A DNA stretch of 64,000 nucleotides from Verrucomicrobiota bacterium (lineage in GTDB: Bacteria > Verrucomicrobiota > Verrucomicrobiia > Limisphaerales > Palsa-1400), in the NCBI GenBank assembly GCA_049510745.1, contig JBEKYR010000010.1:32001-96000 (forward strand), in the 5' to 3' direction. Below, piece after piece: positions 1-9,774 of this stretch (position 1 is its first letter; the number at the start of each line of letters is the position of its first letter). The notes beneath the pieces are model-generated. The model was given only the letters and a program-made list of their open reading frames with translations. It made no database searches and had not been told where the DNA came from. The position numbers and the translations under genes were made by a program.

Positions 1-3000
1 CGGCCGGGCCACGATGTCGATGCCGCATTCCAGCACATCGCCCTCGTCGGAGAGGATCAAATCGGCTCGCCCGCCGCCGAAAATCTCGACAAACAGGGCG
101 CGGAAATTGTCGCGGATTTGCTCGAACGTTTCGATGAACATCTGCCGCGTTTGGCTGTTGATGCGGTTGATGACTTCGAGCAACTGCGCTTTCGCCTGCA
201 CCAGGTCGTCGTTTTGCTTCGTCAAGAATTGATACCGCTGCTCGGTTTCCTCGTACTCGGCTATGGCCACCAGGTTGACCGGCCCCATCTCGTCCAGGCG
301 CGTCTGCAAGGCCGTCACCTGCCGCCCCGCTTCCTCCCAGTCGGTGGCGGCGCCGCTTTGCGCCATTTCTTCGGGCGTCAGGGTGTGGACCTTGGCCGGC
401 CCTTCCTCGGCCAGGGTGATCGTGATGCACTCGCTGAGAATGTCGTCCAGGTTGCGCTGGTACTTCTCGCGGATGCGGTCGCGCAGGTTCTGCACCGCCA
501 TGTTTTTCTGCGCCAACTCGACTTCAATCGAACCGCGCTGCTCCTGCCGCTCGTTCAAGCAGCGCCGTTGCTCGCGCAACCCCTCGTCGGCGGCGCCGAT
601 TTGCGCTTCCAGCGCCTCCTGCTGCGCCAGCAGTTGCGTGGCTTGAAGGTTGACCTGTTCGCGCTCGTGCTGGAGGGCGTCGATTTTTTGTCGTGACTCG
701 GCGATCTCGGTGTCGGCCTGGTGCTTGCGCTCCAAAAAGGTATGAATCTCCGCCCGGCGCTGCGCGGCCAGATTGGCCAATTCGGCGACACGCTGTTCGA
801 GGGGCCGCTTCTGGCTGGCGTAGGAATTGCACAACTGGTCCTCGGTGGCCAGCGCCACCTTGGTTTCCGTCAGGGTGGCGTTGGCGGCGTCGCGCTGCTG
901 GCGCAATCCGTCCAGGGCGGCGGTCAGCCGGGCGACGGCGGCCTGCGATTCCTGCTCGCGGGATTCGAGCGCGACGGCCTGGGCGGCCAACGCCTGGCGT
1001 TTGCGCGCGCCTTCCGCCTCCTGCGCCGCCAGGCTGTTGATCTCATAAACGACGGTCTCGATTTTCTGGGCCAGCACGCGGGCGGAATTCTCCAGCGCCT
1101 TGAACTCGCCCTGGCGTGTGGCGATGGCCACCTCCTGGGTGCGCAGTTCGGTTTGCGCCTCCTGCAATCCGGCCTGAAGCTGCGTCTGCTCGCTCAAGAG
1201 CGCGCCCTTTTGCCGGCTGATTTCGCCGACGCTCTCCTGCAACGCGGCCGACGCCCCGCGCAAATCGGCGATCTGGTTCTGCCGTCCGAGAATCGACGCG
1301 GCCGCCTGGCCGGAGCCATTCCCGTTCAAATAGCCGCCCGTAAAAACTCCGTGCCGGTTGAGCAGATCGCCCGCGGGTGTAACGAAGTCAAAAGCCCCGT
1401 TGGCCGCCCGCCAGGCCTCCGTCGCGGCGGCCAGGTCGGGCGCGATCAACGTCTGGCCCAGCAGCCGGTTCAAAAGCGGCCCCATCGACGGCTCCGCCGT
1501 GATGACACTGACCGCGCTCACGGCGTCGGCAGGGGCGGGTGAAGAATTATGCTCGACAGCCGCCAGACGCAGCGACGCCACGCTGGCCCGTCCGGTCTTG
1601 TTGGCCCGCAAATCCTCGACGATCTGCCGGGCCGTTTCCGGTTCTTCGGTCAGGACCAGTTGCAAATTGTGGCCCAGCGCGGTTTCGATGGCCACGACGT
1701 AGGGGTCAGGGACGCGGATTTTGTCCGCCAGCGAGCCGAGAACGTTGCCGGCGGTTTTGAGCGCGGTCAAGGCGCCCGCGCCAAAGCCTTCGTGCCCGGC
1801 CTGCAATTGTTCGAGCACGTTGAGGCGCGAGCGTTGCTCGGCCTGGCGCCGCAGCAGTTCGTCGAGTTGCTGGGTGGTTTCGTTCAACTGCGACTGAATG
1901 GCGCGCAAACGCTGCTGCCGGTCCTCCACCGTGCCGCGATGCGTCTGCGCGCTTATCAGTCCAGCCTCGACTGTGGCTGAAAATTGGCCCAACCGCGTCT
2001 CCAAGCCCGCCCGCTCCTCCTCAAGCTGGATTTTTTCCGCCGAAAGTTTCTCCAGCCGGACGGCATTGCCCTCCTTCTGCAAATCCAGCGCCGTGATTTC
2101 ATTGCGGGCGCGGCTCAGTTGCTGGGCGGCCTCAAAGGCCCCGGCCTGCGCCTGGCGCAACGCCTCCTGGCTGCCGCGCAGTTCATTCTCCACGTTTTGC
2201 AGGGCCTGGCGCTTGCTTTCCAAAGCTTGCTGCTGTTCCCGCAACGCCGCCGCCGAGGCCTGGAGCCGTCCCAGCACGTTGGCCAGTTCCTGCTCCGCCG
2301 CCAGCTTGCGTTCCTCCGCTTGGGCGATGTCGCTGGTGGCGCGGGCGTTCTGCGCTTCGAGATCGCGCAACTTGTCTTCGTTGAAATGAATCCGGCCGTC
2401 GTGGCCGTCGATTTGTCCCTTCAATTCGAGGCCCTGCTGCTGCCACTGGTTGATCTGCGCCCCTTGCTCGGAAAGCTGTTCGCGCAACAGGCTGATTTCG
2501 CTTTCCACGCGCGAAACGGTGCCCGAAATCGTTTCAATTTCGGCCCGCGATTTTTCCAATTGCTCCGCGCGGGCCTGGATGTCCGTTTGCAACACGTCAA
2601 ACTGGTGGCGGGCCAGTTGGGTGTCCAAGTGCTGGAGTTCGGCGCTCAACTGTTTGTAACGCCGCGCTTTGCCGGCCTGGCGCTGCAGCGAGCCGATCTG
2701 CCGCTTGACTTCGCGGATCAAGTCGGCCACGCGCAACAGATTCTGCTCGGTCGCCTCGAGTTTGCGCAGCGCCTCCTTCTTCTGCGTCTTGAACTTGGTG
2801 ATGCCGGCCGCTTCCTCAAAAACCATCCGCCGGTCTTCCGGTTTGCTCGACAGGATTTGCGTGATGTTCCCCTGCGCCAGGATGCTGTAACTGGTCCGGC
2901 CCACTCCCGTTCCCATGAACAACTGCTGAATGTCCTTGAGCCGGCAGGGAGTTTTGTTGAGAAAGTATTCGCTCGACCCGTCTCGAAACACCCGCCGCGT

Positions 3001-3318
3001 CAACGTCACTTCGTTGTAAGCGATCTCGACCCCCGCCGCCGTCAGATGCTCGCCATCGACGCCGCCGATGGTCAGCGACACCTCGGCCATGCTCAAGGGT
3101 TTGCGGGAATCGGTGCCGTTGAAAATCACGTCCGCCATCTCGCCGCCGCGCAGCGCCTTGGCCGATTGCTCCCCCAGAACCCACCGGATGGCGTCGGAAA
3201 CATTGGACTTGCCGCAGCCATTCGGCCCGACAATCGCCGTCACACCCGGCTGAAAGTTGAGGGACATCTTGTCTGCGAACGACTTAAATCCCAGAACCGT
3301 TATGTTCTTCAGATACAT
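1..3318 (-). CDS. smc: Chromosome segregation protein SMC (3' end beyond the left edge)
   Basis: Read by hand from ATG at 3318: [68 protein letters not shown] (SMC Walker A), followed by long coiled coil. Missing from the ORF track because no stop falls in the window. Confidence 0.97.
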   Translation of the reverse strand, partial: MYLKNITVLGFKSFADKMSLNFQPGVTAIVGPNGCGKSNVSDAIRWVLGEQSAKALRGGEMADVIFNGTDSRKPLSMAEVSLTIGGVDGEHLTAAGVEIAYNEVTLTRRVFRDGSSEYFLNKTPCRLKDIQQLFMGTGVGRTSYSILAQGNITQILSSKPEDRRMVFEEAAGITKFKTQKKEALRKLEATEQNLLRVADLIREVKRQIGSLQRQAGKARRYKQLSAELQHLDTQLARHQFDVLQTDIQARAEQLEKSRAEIETISGTVSRVESEISLLREQLSEQGAQINQWQQQGLELKGQIDGHDGRIHFNEDKLRDLEAQNARATSDIAQAEERKLAAEQELANVLGRLQASAAALREQQQALESKRQALQNVENELRGSQEALRQAQAGAFEAAQQLSRARNEITALDLQKEGNAVRLEKLSAEKIQLEEERAGLETRLGQFSATVEAGLISAQTHRGTVEDRQQRLRAIQSQLNETTQQLDELLRRQAEQRSRLNVLEQLQAGHEGFGAGALTALKTAGNVLGSLADKIRVPDPYVVAIETALGHNLQLVLTEEPETARQIVEDLRANKTGRASVASLRLAAVEHNSSPAPADAVSAVSVITAEPSMGPLLNRLLGQTLIAPDLAAATEAWRAANGAFDFVTPAGDLLNRHGVFTGGYLNGNGSGQAAASILGRQNQIADLRGASAALQESVGEISRQKGALLSEQTQLQAGLQEAQTELRTQEVAIATRQGEFKALENSARVLAQKIETVVYEINSLAAQEAEGARKRQALAAQAVALESREQESQAAVARLTAALDGLRQQRDAANATLTETKVALATEDQLCNSYASQKRPLEQRVAELANLAAQRRAEIHTFLERKHQADTEIAESRQKIDALQHEREQVNLQATQLLAQQEALEAQIGAADEGLREQRRCLNERQEQRGSIEVELAQKNMAVQNLRDRIREKYQRNLDDILSECITITLAEEGPAKVHTLTPEEMAQSGAATDWEEAGRQVTALQTRLDEMGPVNLVAIAEYEETEQRYQFLTKQNDDLVQAKAQLLEVINRINSQTRQMFIETFEQIRDNFRALFVEIFGGGRADLILSDEGDVLECGIDIVARP

Positions 3319-3632
3319 TCTGGAGTCGAAGAAAACCAAAAAACAGGGGGGATGTAAAGAAAAAAACCACCATATAATGGGGTTCCCGCCAAAAAAAGCC
3401 CCTCTAATGGGGTTTTCCACGGTTTTTCCGGCAGTTTTCGGGCAATTTCGCCCCCGGAAGCCATTACAAACACCCGACTTGCGTCCGAATCGAGGCGCCA
3501 TGCATGGCCTGAACAGGCATCCCAGAAGCCCAGAATTGGCGATCCAATCCAACCCCCAGTCCTGAGCCACCGCAATTCTGAGCGACGTCTCATCCTGTTG
3601 CCCGCCCAACGAATGATACTGTCATATGACAG

Positions 3633-4087
3633 TATGAAAACCGGTCCACCATCATGACCAGCAACCGGCCATTGGAGGAGTGGGGCAGACTCTTGGGCGA
3701 CGTGCCCACAGCCGGCGCGATTTTGGATCGTTTCCTGCACCACGCCCAGACCACTGCCGTTGCCGGGAGGATTTATCCTAAATCCGGCAGTTGGATTTTA
3801 AGAAAAAAAAGGAAACCACAGATGGACACGGATAAACACAGATTTTTTTTGAAAAGAGCCGTCCCTCGTTGGGTGACTCCTGTTTTTTCGCAACTCCTTC
3901 TGATCTGTGTCTATCTGTGTTCATCTGTGGCTGTAACTGCTTTTTTAAGGGTTATCGGCTTAAAGACCACGCCACCATCGCCGGAAAAGAGGACAAAACC
4001 AGAAAGATCGAATCCAAGCCCAACGACCCAGGCTGTGCCGGAGGCTTCGCCGAGGCGAGACCTTCGACCGCAGAACCGGCGAGCTGA
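3633..4087 (+). pseudogene. istB: IS21-family helper ATPase IstB, C-terminal remnant, split by an insertion
   Basis: YENRSTIMTSNRPLEEWGRLLGDVPTAGAILDRFLHHAQ...AGR, then after 3950 YRLKDHA. Rejoining gives the IstB G-x-SYRL ending. Confidence 0.88.
3777..3950. mobile_element. 174-bp MITE-like insertion
   Basis: Imperfect terminal inverted repeats (cctaaatccggcagtt / aactgcttttttaagg), flanked by tttat/gttat. Internal inverted 10-mer tandem arms ccacagatggacacggataaacacagat / atctgtgtctatctgtgttcatctgtgg. Interrupts istB. Confidence 0.78.
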
Positions 4088-4293
4088 ACGGCTCGCTTTC
4101 CGGTTCTGCTCGTTTTGACTCGTTGCGTACGATTATGGAAAATGCTCGATCTTCGCCGCGAATCGGCTATACTGGCCGCCTCGTGTCAGGGTGGTGTGAA
4201 TATGCAGATGGATTGGACCGCTTGGAGGGGCTGGCTTTTGCATTTCAATATATGAACCGACCGTCGTATAATAAAGGTTCAAGAAGGTAGAGA

Positions 4294-4764
4294 ATGAGGT
4301 TTGGACTGATAGACCTTTTGTTTGAGATCTTTTCGATGGCAATTGGCGTTGCAATTGTCAGATGGGCATTCCCGTCGTGCCCTTTGTTTATCGCCGCGGT
4401 AATCGGTGGAACCTTTGTGTTTCTGGCAGTCTTCCCACCAATTTATCGTAGGTTTCGGCTTTTCCCAATGATCCTGCCCCGATGTCCGTGCTGCATGAAG
4501 TTCCAGAACGGATTTCATTTCACTCATAGTTGGCCCCGTGTGACCTACCGATGTCCTACGTGCAATGGTGAGTTCGTGATTTGGTGCAACGGAAAAGTCG
4601 GTCATACGGAAATATGGGACAGGCCAGTCCTGGTTTTGAAATGGCCGTATGCATTTGGACCTTACAAGAGGGTGGAAACGCCCGAACCAAGTGCTACACC
4701 GAATGCCGGCCCCCCGACAGCAAGTGGCCACTCAGGAGTCAAGGGGCCGCCATCGGTAAGCTGA
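4294..4764 (+). CDS. Hypothetical membrane protein with two CxxC motifs (cassette-like ORF)
   Basis: Two hydrophobic segments, CPCC and CPTC, lower GC than the flanks. The C-terminus runs into an attC-like hairpin. Confidence 0.65.
   Translation: MRFGLIDLLFEIFSMAIGVAIVRWAFPSCPLFIAAVIGGTFVFLAVFPPIYRRFRLFPMILPRCPCCMKFQNGFHFTHSWPRVTYRCPTCNGEFVIWCNGKVGHTEIWDRPVLVLKWPYAFGPYKRVETPEPSATPNAGPPTASGHSGVKGPPSVS
4681..4761 (+). other. Degenerate attC-like imperfect palindrome
   Basis: cccgAAC-caagt-gctacaccga-atgccggcccc ... ggggccgccat-cggtaagc. The arms pair with an extra-helical base; the final GTT box is absent. Confidence 0.55.
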
Positions 4765-4837
4765 AAAGCTCGACGTATGAAATAATTGAAACGTCCCTTG
4801 CGTGCATCAAGAAACCCGGTATGAATAAAGCACCTCA

Positions 4838-4891
4838 GAGTGGCCGATTTGAAGTGCCCGCGAGTGGCTGGTTTTCAACCGCCCGGTGACA
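4838..4891 (+). mobile_element. IS21-family right end
   Basis: Two 24-bp-spaced repeats gagtggc(c/t)g.ttt...gcccg ending in TGACA, downstream of the istB remnant. This matches the multi-repeat, ...CA end of IS21 elements. Confidence 0.7.
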
Positions 4892-4955
4892 ACGATTTAG
4901 GATCCGTGATCGACAAAGACTTGCGAACAACAAGAGCCGCTGGGGATCCGGGTTC

Positions 4956-5226
4956 CAATCCCAAAGGGATTGCCTCATCATCCCAACGGGATGAAATCTC
5001 TCAGCCCAGGGTTGGCCGATTCCGAGAGGCCTACCCTGGGTGGTTGCATTCGAGTGACACAACCCTGAAAGGGTTGAATATCAAAGGCTTGGGAAACAGA
5101 GTCAACCCTTGCAGGGTTGTGATTCTTCTCTGATCTTACCCAGGGTAGCTCGTGCCCCCGCCTTCGCTGCGCTACGGCGCGGCAACTCGCAACCCTGGGC
5201 TGCAACATTCAATCCCGTTGGGATTG
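4956..5226. repeat. REP/BIME-like palindromic cluster, 3' side of the transposase
   Basis: Hairpins aatcccaaagggatt, catcccaacgggatg, caaccctgaaagggttg, caacccttgcagggttg and cccagggt...accctggg, in two oppositely oriented units. Confidence 0.85.
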
Positions 5227-5319
5227 GCAAAACCAATCATGACCCTCCAAACGTCGCTGTTCATTCCACTGGAATCGTCGAGGAACCGAAAGGGTTGAAT
5301 CAAATGGCCAAACATTCGC

Positions 5320-5775
5320 TCAGTCCCAAACATACCGTTCGTCGAATTCGATCTCATAGCGTTTCAATAGTTGCCGGAACTCCTCCTGGAATGAAACCTT
5401 CCGATGATGATTCTCTTGTTCCGCGATATACCTCCGGACAGCCTCGATTTGCGAGAAGCCGATGGAGAAAATCCCGTAGCCGTTCTGCCACGCGAAATCC
5501 CGCAAGTCCGCGCTCTTGGTTTTAATCCACAGTGACGAGCCGCGCTTCACCTCTTTGACCATCCCCGCCGCTTGGCAGGTGCGCGACAGAGCGGAGAGAA
5601 TGTGAACGTGGTCTTCCACACCGCCGACGATGATGGGCTGGCAGTCCTGGTTGGCCAGAATACCGCCCAGGTAACGATGCAATTCGGCGCGAATTGATGG
5701 GTCGCGCAGAAGGGGGCGGCGATCTTTGGTTGAGAAAACGGTGTGAACCAGAATTTTGGCGAGCGACTGTGACAT
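5320..5775 (-). CDS. tnpA: IS200/IS605-family Y1 HUH transposase (REP-associated, RAYT-like)
   Basis: HTVFSTKDRRP, EDHVHIL (HUH), FAWQNGYG, RYIAEQENHH (catalytic Tyr). No tnpB; REP-like repeats on both sides. Confidence 0.92.
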   Translation of the reverse strand: MSQSLAKILVHTVFSTKDRRPLLRDPSIRAELHRYLGGILANQDCQPIIVGGVEDHVHILSALSRTCQAAGMVKEVKRGSSLWIKTKSADLRDFAWQNGYGIFSIGFSQIEAVRRYIAEQENHHRKVSFQEEFRQLLKRYEIEFDERYVWD

Positions 5776-5804
5776 GAGGTTCAGAATGTCCGATTACCCG
5801 ATTT

Positions 5805-5932
5805 GATTCAACCCTTTCAGGGTTGATGGGTTCGTCCCAGTGACCCAGGGTAGCTCGTGTCCCCGCCTTCGCTGCGCTACGGCGCGGCAACTCGCAACCC
5901 TGGGCTGAGAGATTTCATCCCGTTGGGATGAA
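5805..5932. repeat. REP-like unit, 5' side of the transposase
   Basis: 5843-5907 matches 5138-5202 at 64/65 nt; same flanking hairpins. Confidence 0.88.
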
Positions 5933-6077
5933 CTGAACCCTGCTTCTCTGTCAAATCCGGGGGTAAAGCATCGCGCAGGCCCATCCCCCCTCTGAGGGCA
6001 AGTGGGCGATAACGATTGTTTCGGACGGGTTTGCCCCCCTTTGCCGCGCGTCTCCGTCCGTCTTCCTTTTCAAAAGC

Positions 6078-6133
6078 TAAAAAATGAAAAAAGTAACAAA
6101 AATGCTTGCACATACATAAATCCGTGTCATATT
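6078..6133 (+). promoter_or_regulatory. Putative sigma70 promoter with A-tract UP element
   Basis: A-tracts 6080-6102, TTGCAC 6106-6111, 16 bp, CATATT 6128-6133. Confidence 0.5.
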
Positions 6134-6464
6134 CACGACCTGTGAGCACTTGCTCCTTTGACATAAAGTGGAGTCGCCGGGGAATAAACCTGCCCGCCCG
6201 CCGCGGGACGGACCGCACGGCGAAGCGGTCATCCCGGCAATTTGTTCTGGTCTGCAGGCCGCCAGCAATGGCGTCAGGCTCCCGCGGGCCAACCAATGAC
6301 GTTGACGACCACCCCGCCACGGGGGGCAGCCTATCCGCATGGAAGCTTGACGCAAAAACTCAAACGTGCCCCGGTCCAGACGCAGACGCCATGCATCGCC
6401 AGCACCGGGAACTACCCCTGGAGGCGGCAAAAAATGCCGGATTCAAACCGGAAAACGAATCCAA

Positions 6465-6524
6465 AAACCCGGACAAATCCGGAAAAATCCGGAAAAATCC
6501 GGGTGAATCCGGCTAAATCGGGCC
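6465..6524 (+). repeat. Six tandem 10-mers, consensus AAATCCGGnn
   Basis: aaacccggac aaatccggaa aaatccggaa aaatccgggt gaatccggct aaatcgggcc. Confidence 0.85.
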
Positions 6525-6639
6525 AAAAAATGAAAAATCAAAAAATACCCGGATCCGGCGACAGCGACCGGTGACGAAAAACCTCACAATTCATCCTTTC
6601 AAACCGGCGGGAAGCCCGGTATTGCTCTGTTTTGCCCGC

Positions 6640-8172
6640 ATGTTGAAGCAGACTATTCTTTCGCCAGCCATCGGGTGCGCGTGCGCCTGGCTGGGGGTGG
6701 GCGCCGCTTTGCCCGCTTCGTCGGCTGCGGCGCCCGACGCCGAATCCCCGCCGCCAGTCCAACGCGAATTTCGCGGTCTCTGGGTCGCCACCGTCGATAA
6801 CATCGACTGGCCCTCCAAACGCGGCTTGTCCACCCGCCAGCAGCAGGACGAATTGATCGCCTTGCTCGACTGCGCCGCCGCCCTGCATCTCAACGCCATC
6901 ATTCTCCAGGTGCGCCCCAGTTGCGATGCCTTTTACGACTCGAAAATCGAGCCTTGGTCCGAATACCTCACGGGCAAGATGGGTCAGGCGCCCTCGCCCT
7001 ATTATGATCCTCTGGAATTCGCCGTCACCGAAGCCCACAAGCGCGCCTTGGAGTTGCACGCCTGGTTCAATCCGTATCGCGTCCGTATTCGCGGCCTCAA
7101 CACCCCGGCCGCCAGCCGGCACGTCAGCGTCCGGCGCCCGGAATTGGTCCGCGCCTACGGCAAGTATCTCTGGCTCGACCCGGCCGAGGAAGGAACACGC
7201 CAGTATTCATTGGACGTCATTCTCGACGTGGTGCGGCGCTATGACATCGACGGGGTTCACTTTGACGATTACTTCTATCCCTACCCGGAAAAAGCGGACA
7301 AAAGCGAGGAGAGCAAGGAGATGGAATTTCCGGACGACGCTTCCTGGCAGCGCTACCAGGGGGAAGGGGGAAAGTTGTCGCGGGGGGATTGGCGGCGGGA
7401 AAACGTCAACCAATTTGTCGAGTCGGTTTACCGGGCCATCAAAAGAGAAAAGCCGTGGGTCAAATTTGGCATCAGCCCTTTTGGCATCTGGCGCCCGGGC
7501 AATCCGCCGCAAATCAGCGGCTTCGACGCCTACGACAAACTCTTCGCCGATTCGCGCAAATGGCTGGCCGAAGGCTGGGTCGATTATCTGGCGCCGCAAC
7601 TTTACTGGCCGATCAGCCCGAAGGCGCAAAGCTTCCCGGCGCTGTTGCAGTGGTGGGCCGCGCAGAACACGCGGGGCCGGAACCTTTGGCCCGGCATGAA
7701 GGTCAACGGCTGGAAGGGAGTCGAGGACGCCGCGAAGGAGGCCGCGGAAGAAATAGAATTGACACGCGGACAGGCGGGAGCGCCGGGACAATGCCTGTGG
7801 CACGCCAAGCCGCTGCAGCGCGGCCAGGATGGCGTGGCGGACGCGCTGCGCGGCGGGGTCTATGGCGCCCCGGCGCTCGTGCCGGCCTGTCCGTGGTTGA
7901 GCGCGGACCACCCCGCCCCGCCCTCCTTGCGGGCCAGCCAGAGCCGCGGCCAACTGCAATTGAATTGGGAACCCGTCAACGGCCCGGTCTGGCAATGGGT
8001 CTTGCAGAAAAAGGAGGGCGGCCAATGGACGACTGAAATCCTCCCCGCGCAGACAACCTCCGAAAGCCTCAAAGCCGCCGCCGCCACGAACCTCCCCTCC
8101 ATGATCGCCCTCTCTGCCGTCAACCGCTACGGGAGTCTCAGCCCCGCCACGATGATCAATTGCCGGCCCTGA
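6640..8172 (+). CDS. GHL10 family (YddW/DigH-like) glycoside hydrolase, secreted
   Basis: Signal peptide, then EFRGLWVATVDNIDWPS, QVRPSCDAFY, LHAWFNPYR, YDIDGVHFDDYFYPY, VDYLAPQLYW. Confidence 0.9.
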   Translation: MLKQTILSPAIGCACAWLGVGAALPASSAAAPDAESPPPVQREFRGLWVATVDNIDWPSKRGLSTRQQQDELIALLDCAAALHLNAIILQVRPSCDAFYDSKIEPWSEYLTGKMGQAPSPYYDPLEFAVTEAHKRALELHAWFNPYRVRIRGLNTPAASRHVSVRRPELVRAYGKYLWLDPAEEGTRQYSLDVILDVVRRYDIDGVHFDDYFYPYPEKADKSEESKEMEFPDDASWQRYQGEGGKLSRGDWRRENVNQFVESVYRAIKREKPWVKFGISPFGIWRPGNPPQISGFDAYDKLFADSRKWLAEGWVDYLAPQLYWPISPKAQSFPALLQWWAAQNTRGRNLWPGMKVNGWKGVEDAAKEAAEEIELTRGQAGAPGQCLWHAKPLQRGQDGVADALRGGVYGAPALVPACPWLSADHPAPPSLRASQSRGQLQLNWEPVNGPVWQWVLQKKEGGQWTTEILPAQTTSESLKAAAATNLPSMIALSAVNRYGSLSPATMINCRP

Positions 8173-8266
8173 GTTGGACAGGTCAAATCAAGCAATTGCG
8201 CATGAAGCCGCTCCGGCGCCCACGATTTTTCTTTCCTCGCGCCGCCTCTCCATTTACTAACAATCC

Positions 8267-8365
8267 ATGCCGAGCGTGAATCTCAAGCCACTGCGGAAGG
8301 TCGAGTGCGCCTATTATGATTCGCCCGGCGAATTCGCCGAATTCGGCCTCAACCACGAACTTTAA
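8267..8365 (+). CDS. 32-aa small ORF, possibly a truncated gene start
   Basis: MPSVNLKPLRKVECAYYDSPGEFAEFGLNHEL*, with host-like codons and TACTAA 6 nt before the ATG. Confidence 0.3.
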   Translation: MPSVNLKPLRKVECAYYDSPGEFAEFGLNHEL

Positions 8366-8386
8366 GCGAAGGCATGGAATTGGCGC

Positions 8387-9760
8387 ATGGCTTTAGTTAC
8401 GAAATACCCAGAACCGAGGGAAGACGACGGCGTGCTCCGGCGACTGCGTGAGGATTACGAGCAAGCTGTCCTCGACTTGTTCGACGCAGACGCCGGTGCG
8501 GGTGAAGTCCGGCCACAACTTGAGGTTGTCGGCCACACGTCCAACTTTCTCAACAACATGCGGCTGCCGGTTCACCGGTGGTTTCGTTACAGCGCGGGCT
8601 TTTCCGCGGAGTGGGTGAAATGGTTGCTGGCCGAAAGAGATGGCAGCGACCTCCGGGTGCTGGACCCGTTTGTCGGCTCAGGAACGACTTGTCTGGCGTG
8701 CGATGAAATGGGCATCCCTTCCTACGGCATCGAAGCGCATCCCTTCGTGTACCGGGTGGCTCAGGCCAAGTTGAGTTACGCCACCGAGCCGGGACGGTTC
8801 ATTTCCAAGGCGGAGAGAGCATTCAGGTTCGCCCGGAACGCGGCGGCGCAGACAGAGCGGTACCCGGAGATCATCGGAAGGTGTTACGGGCTTGAAACGC
8901 TGAATTATCTGGACCGTTTCCGTCAAGCCGTCGAGGTCGAGCAGGACGCTTCACCCGAGGCTGGACTCCTCTGGATGGCGCTGGTGTCATCGCTGCGCGC
9001 TGTTTCCGAAGCCGGCACAGCGCCGTGGCAATATGTGTTGCCGGGCCGGCGCAAGACGGTGCCGCCGTCACCCGAAGTGACGTTGCGCAAAGCGGTGCAG
9101 ATGATTGCCGCCGACATTCATTTCATGGCGCGGAGAGCCAAACCGCTGGCGAAGCTGCGCGTGGATGACGCGCGCAAGTGTGTGACTGTGCCGGACGCCT
9201 GGGCCACCCTCGTTATTACATCGCCGCCTTACGCAAACAATTACGATTACGCCGACGCCACGCGCTTGGAGATGGCATTCATGGGCGAGATTCGCGGCTG
9301 GGGCGACCTTCAGGAAACGGTCAGGCGTCATTTGGTTCGCGCCTGCTCCCAACACGTCCCGCCCAATTCCGTGAAGCTTGAAGAAATTCTGGCGGCGCCG
9401 GAACTGGCTCCCATCCGTGACGCGATTGTGCCGGTGTGCCGGGAGCTTTCGTCTGTCCGGCTGGAACGTGGCGGCAAGAAGACTTACAACAACATGATCG
9501 CTTGCTACTTCCTCGACATGGCGCAGACGTGGCAGGCGCTGCGGAGAGTTTGCGCATCGCCGTCGGAGGTCTGCTTTGTCATAGGCGATTCCGCGCCGTA
9601 TGGCGTTTATGTGCCGGTCATCGAATGGCTTGGGAAACTGGCGCTGGCGGCTGGTTTTGAATCCCGGAGGTTCGAGAAACTCCGCGACCGAAATATCAAA
9701 TGGAAAAACAGAAAACACCGCGTTCCCCTGTGTGAAGGTCATCTCTGGGTCCGTGGGTAA
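8387..9760 (+). CDS. Amino-DNA methyltransferase, probably N4-cytosine, alpha motif order
   Basis: Motif I VLDPFVGSGTT precedes motif IV ITSPPY; also HRWFRYSAGFS and VIGDS. Confidence 0.92.
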   Translation: MALVTKYPEPREDDGVLRRLREDYEQAVLDLFDADAGAGEVRPQLEVVGHTSNFLNNMRLPVHRWFRYSAGFSAEWVKWLLAERDGSDLRVLDPFVGSGTTCLACDEMGIPSYGIEAHPFVYRVAQAKLSYATEPGRFISKAERAFRFARNAAAQTERYPEIIGRCYGLETLNYLDRFRQAVEVEQDASPEAGLLWMALVSSLRAVSEAGTAPWQYVLPGRRKTVPPSPEVTLRKAVQMIAADIHFMARRAKPLAKLRVDDARKCVTVPDAWATLVITSPPYANNYDYADATRLEMAFMGEIRGWGDLQETVRRHLVRACSQHVPPNSVKLEEILAAPELAPIRDAIVPVCRELSSVRLERGGKKTYNNMIACYFLDMAQTWQALRRVCASPSEVCFVIGDSAPYGVYVPVIEWLGKLALAAGFESRRFEKLRDRNIKWKNRKHRVPLCEGHLWVRG

Positions 9761-9774
9761 GGTGAGGAACTGTC

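Noticed and set aside
118..3357. Long plus-strand ORFs (192-457 aa)
   Set aside because: Antisense shadows of smc caused by GC3 bias; no motifs.
4956..5932. Possible CRISPR array
   Set aside because: Repeats are long, palindromic, in mixed orientation and lack regular unique spacers; no cas genes.
6175..6295. c-di-GMP-I riboswitch or tRNA
   Set aside because: Lacks the GGCAAAC/GAAA/GCAAA pattern and any cloverleaf with TTC/CCA; kept only as an unassigned structured segment.
6296..6574. ORF with NYPW resembling a RAYT C-terminus
   Set aside because: The match is too short and the rest is low-complexity repeat.
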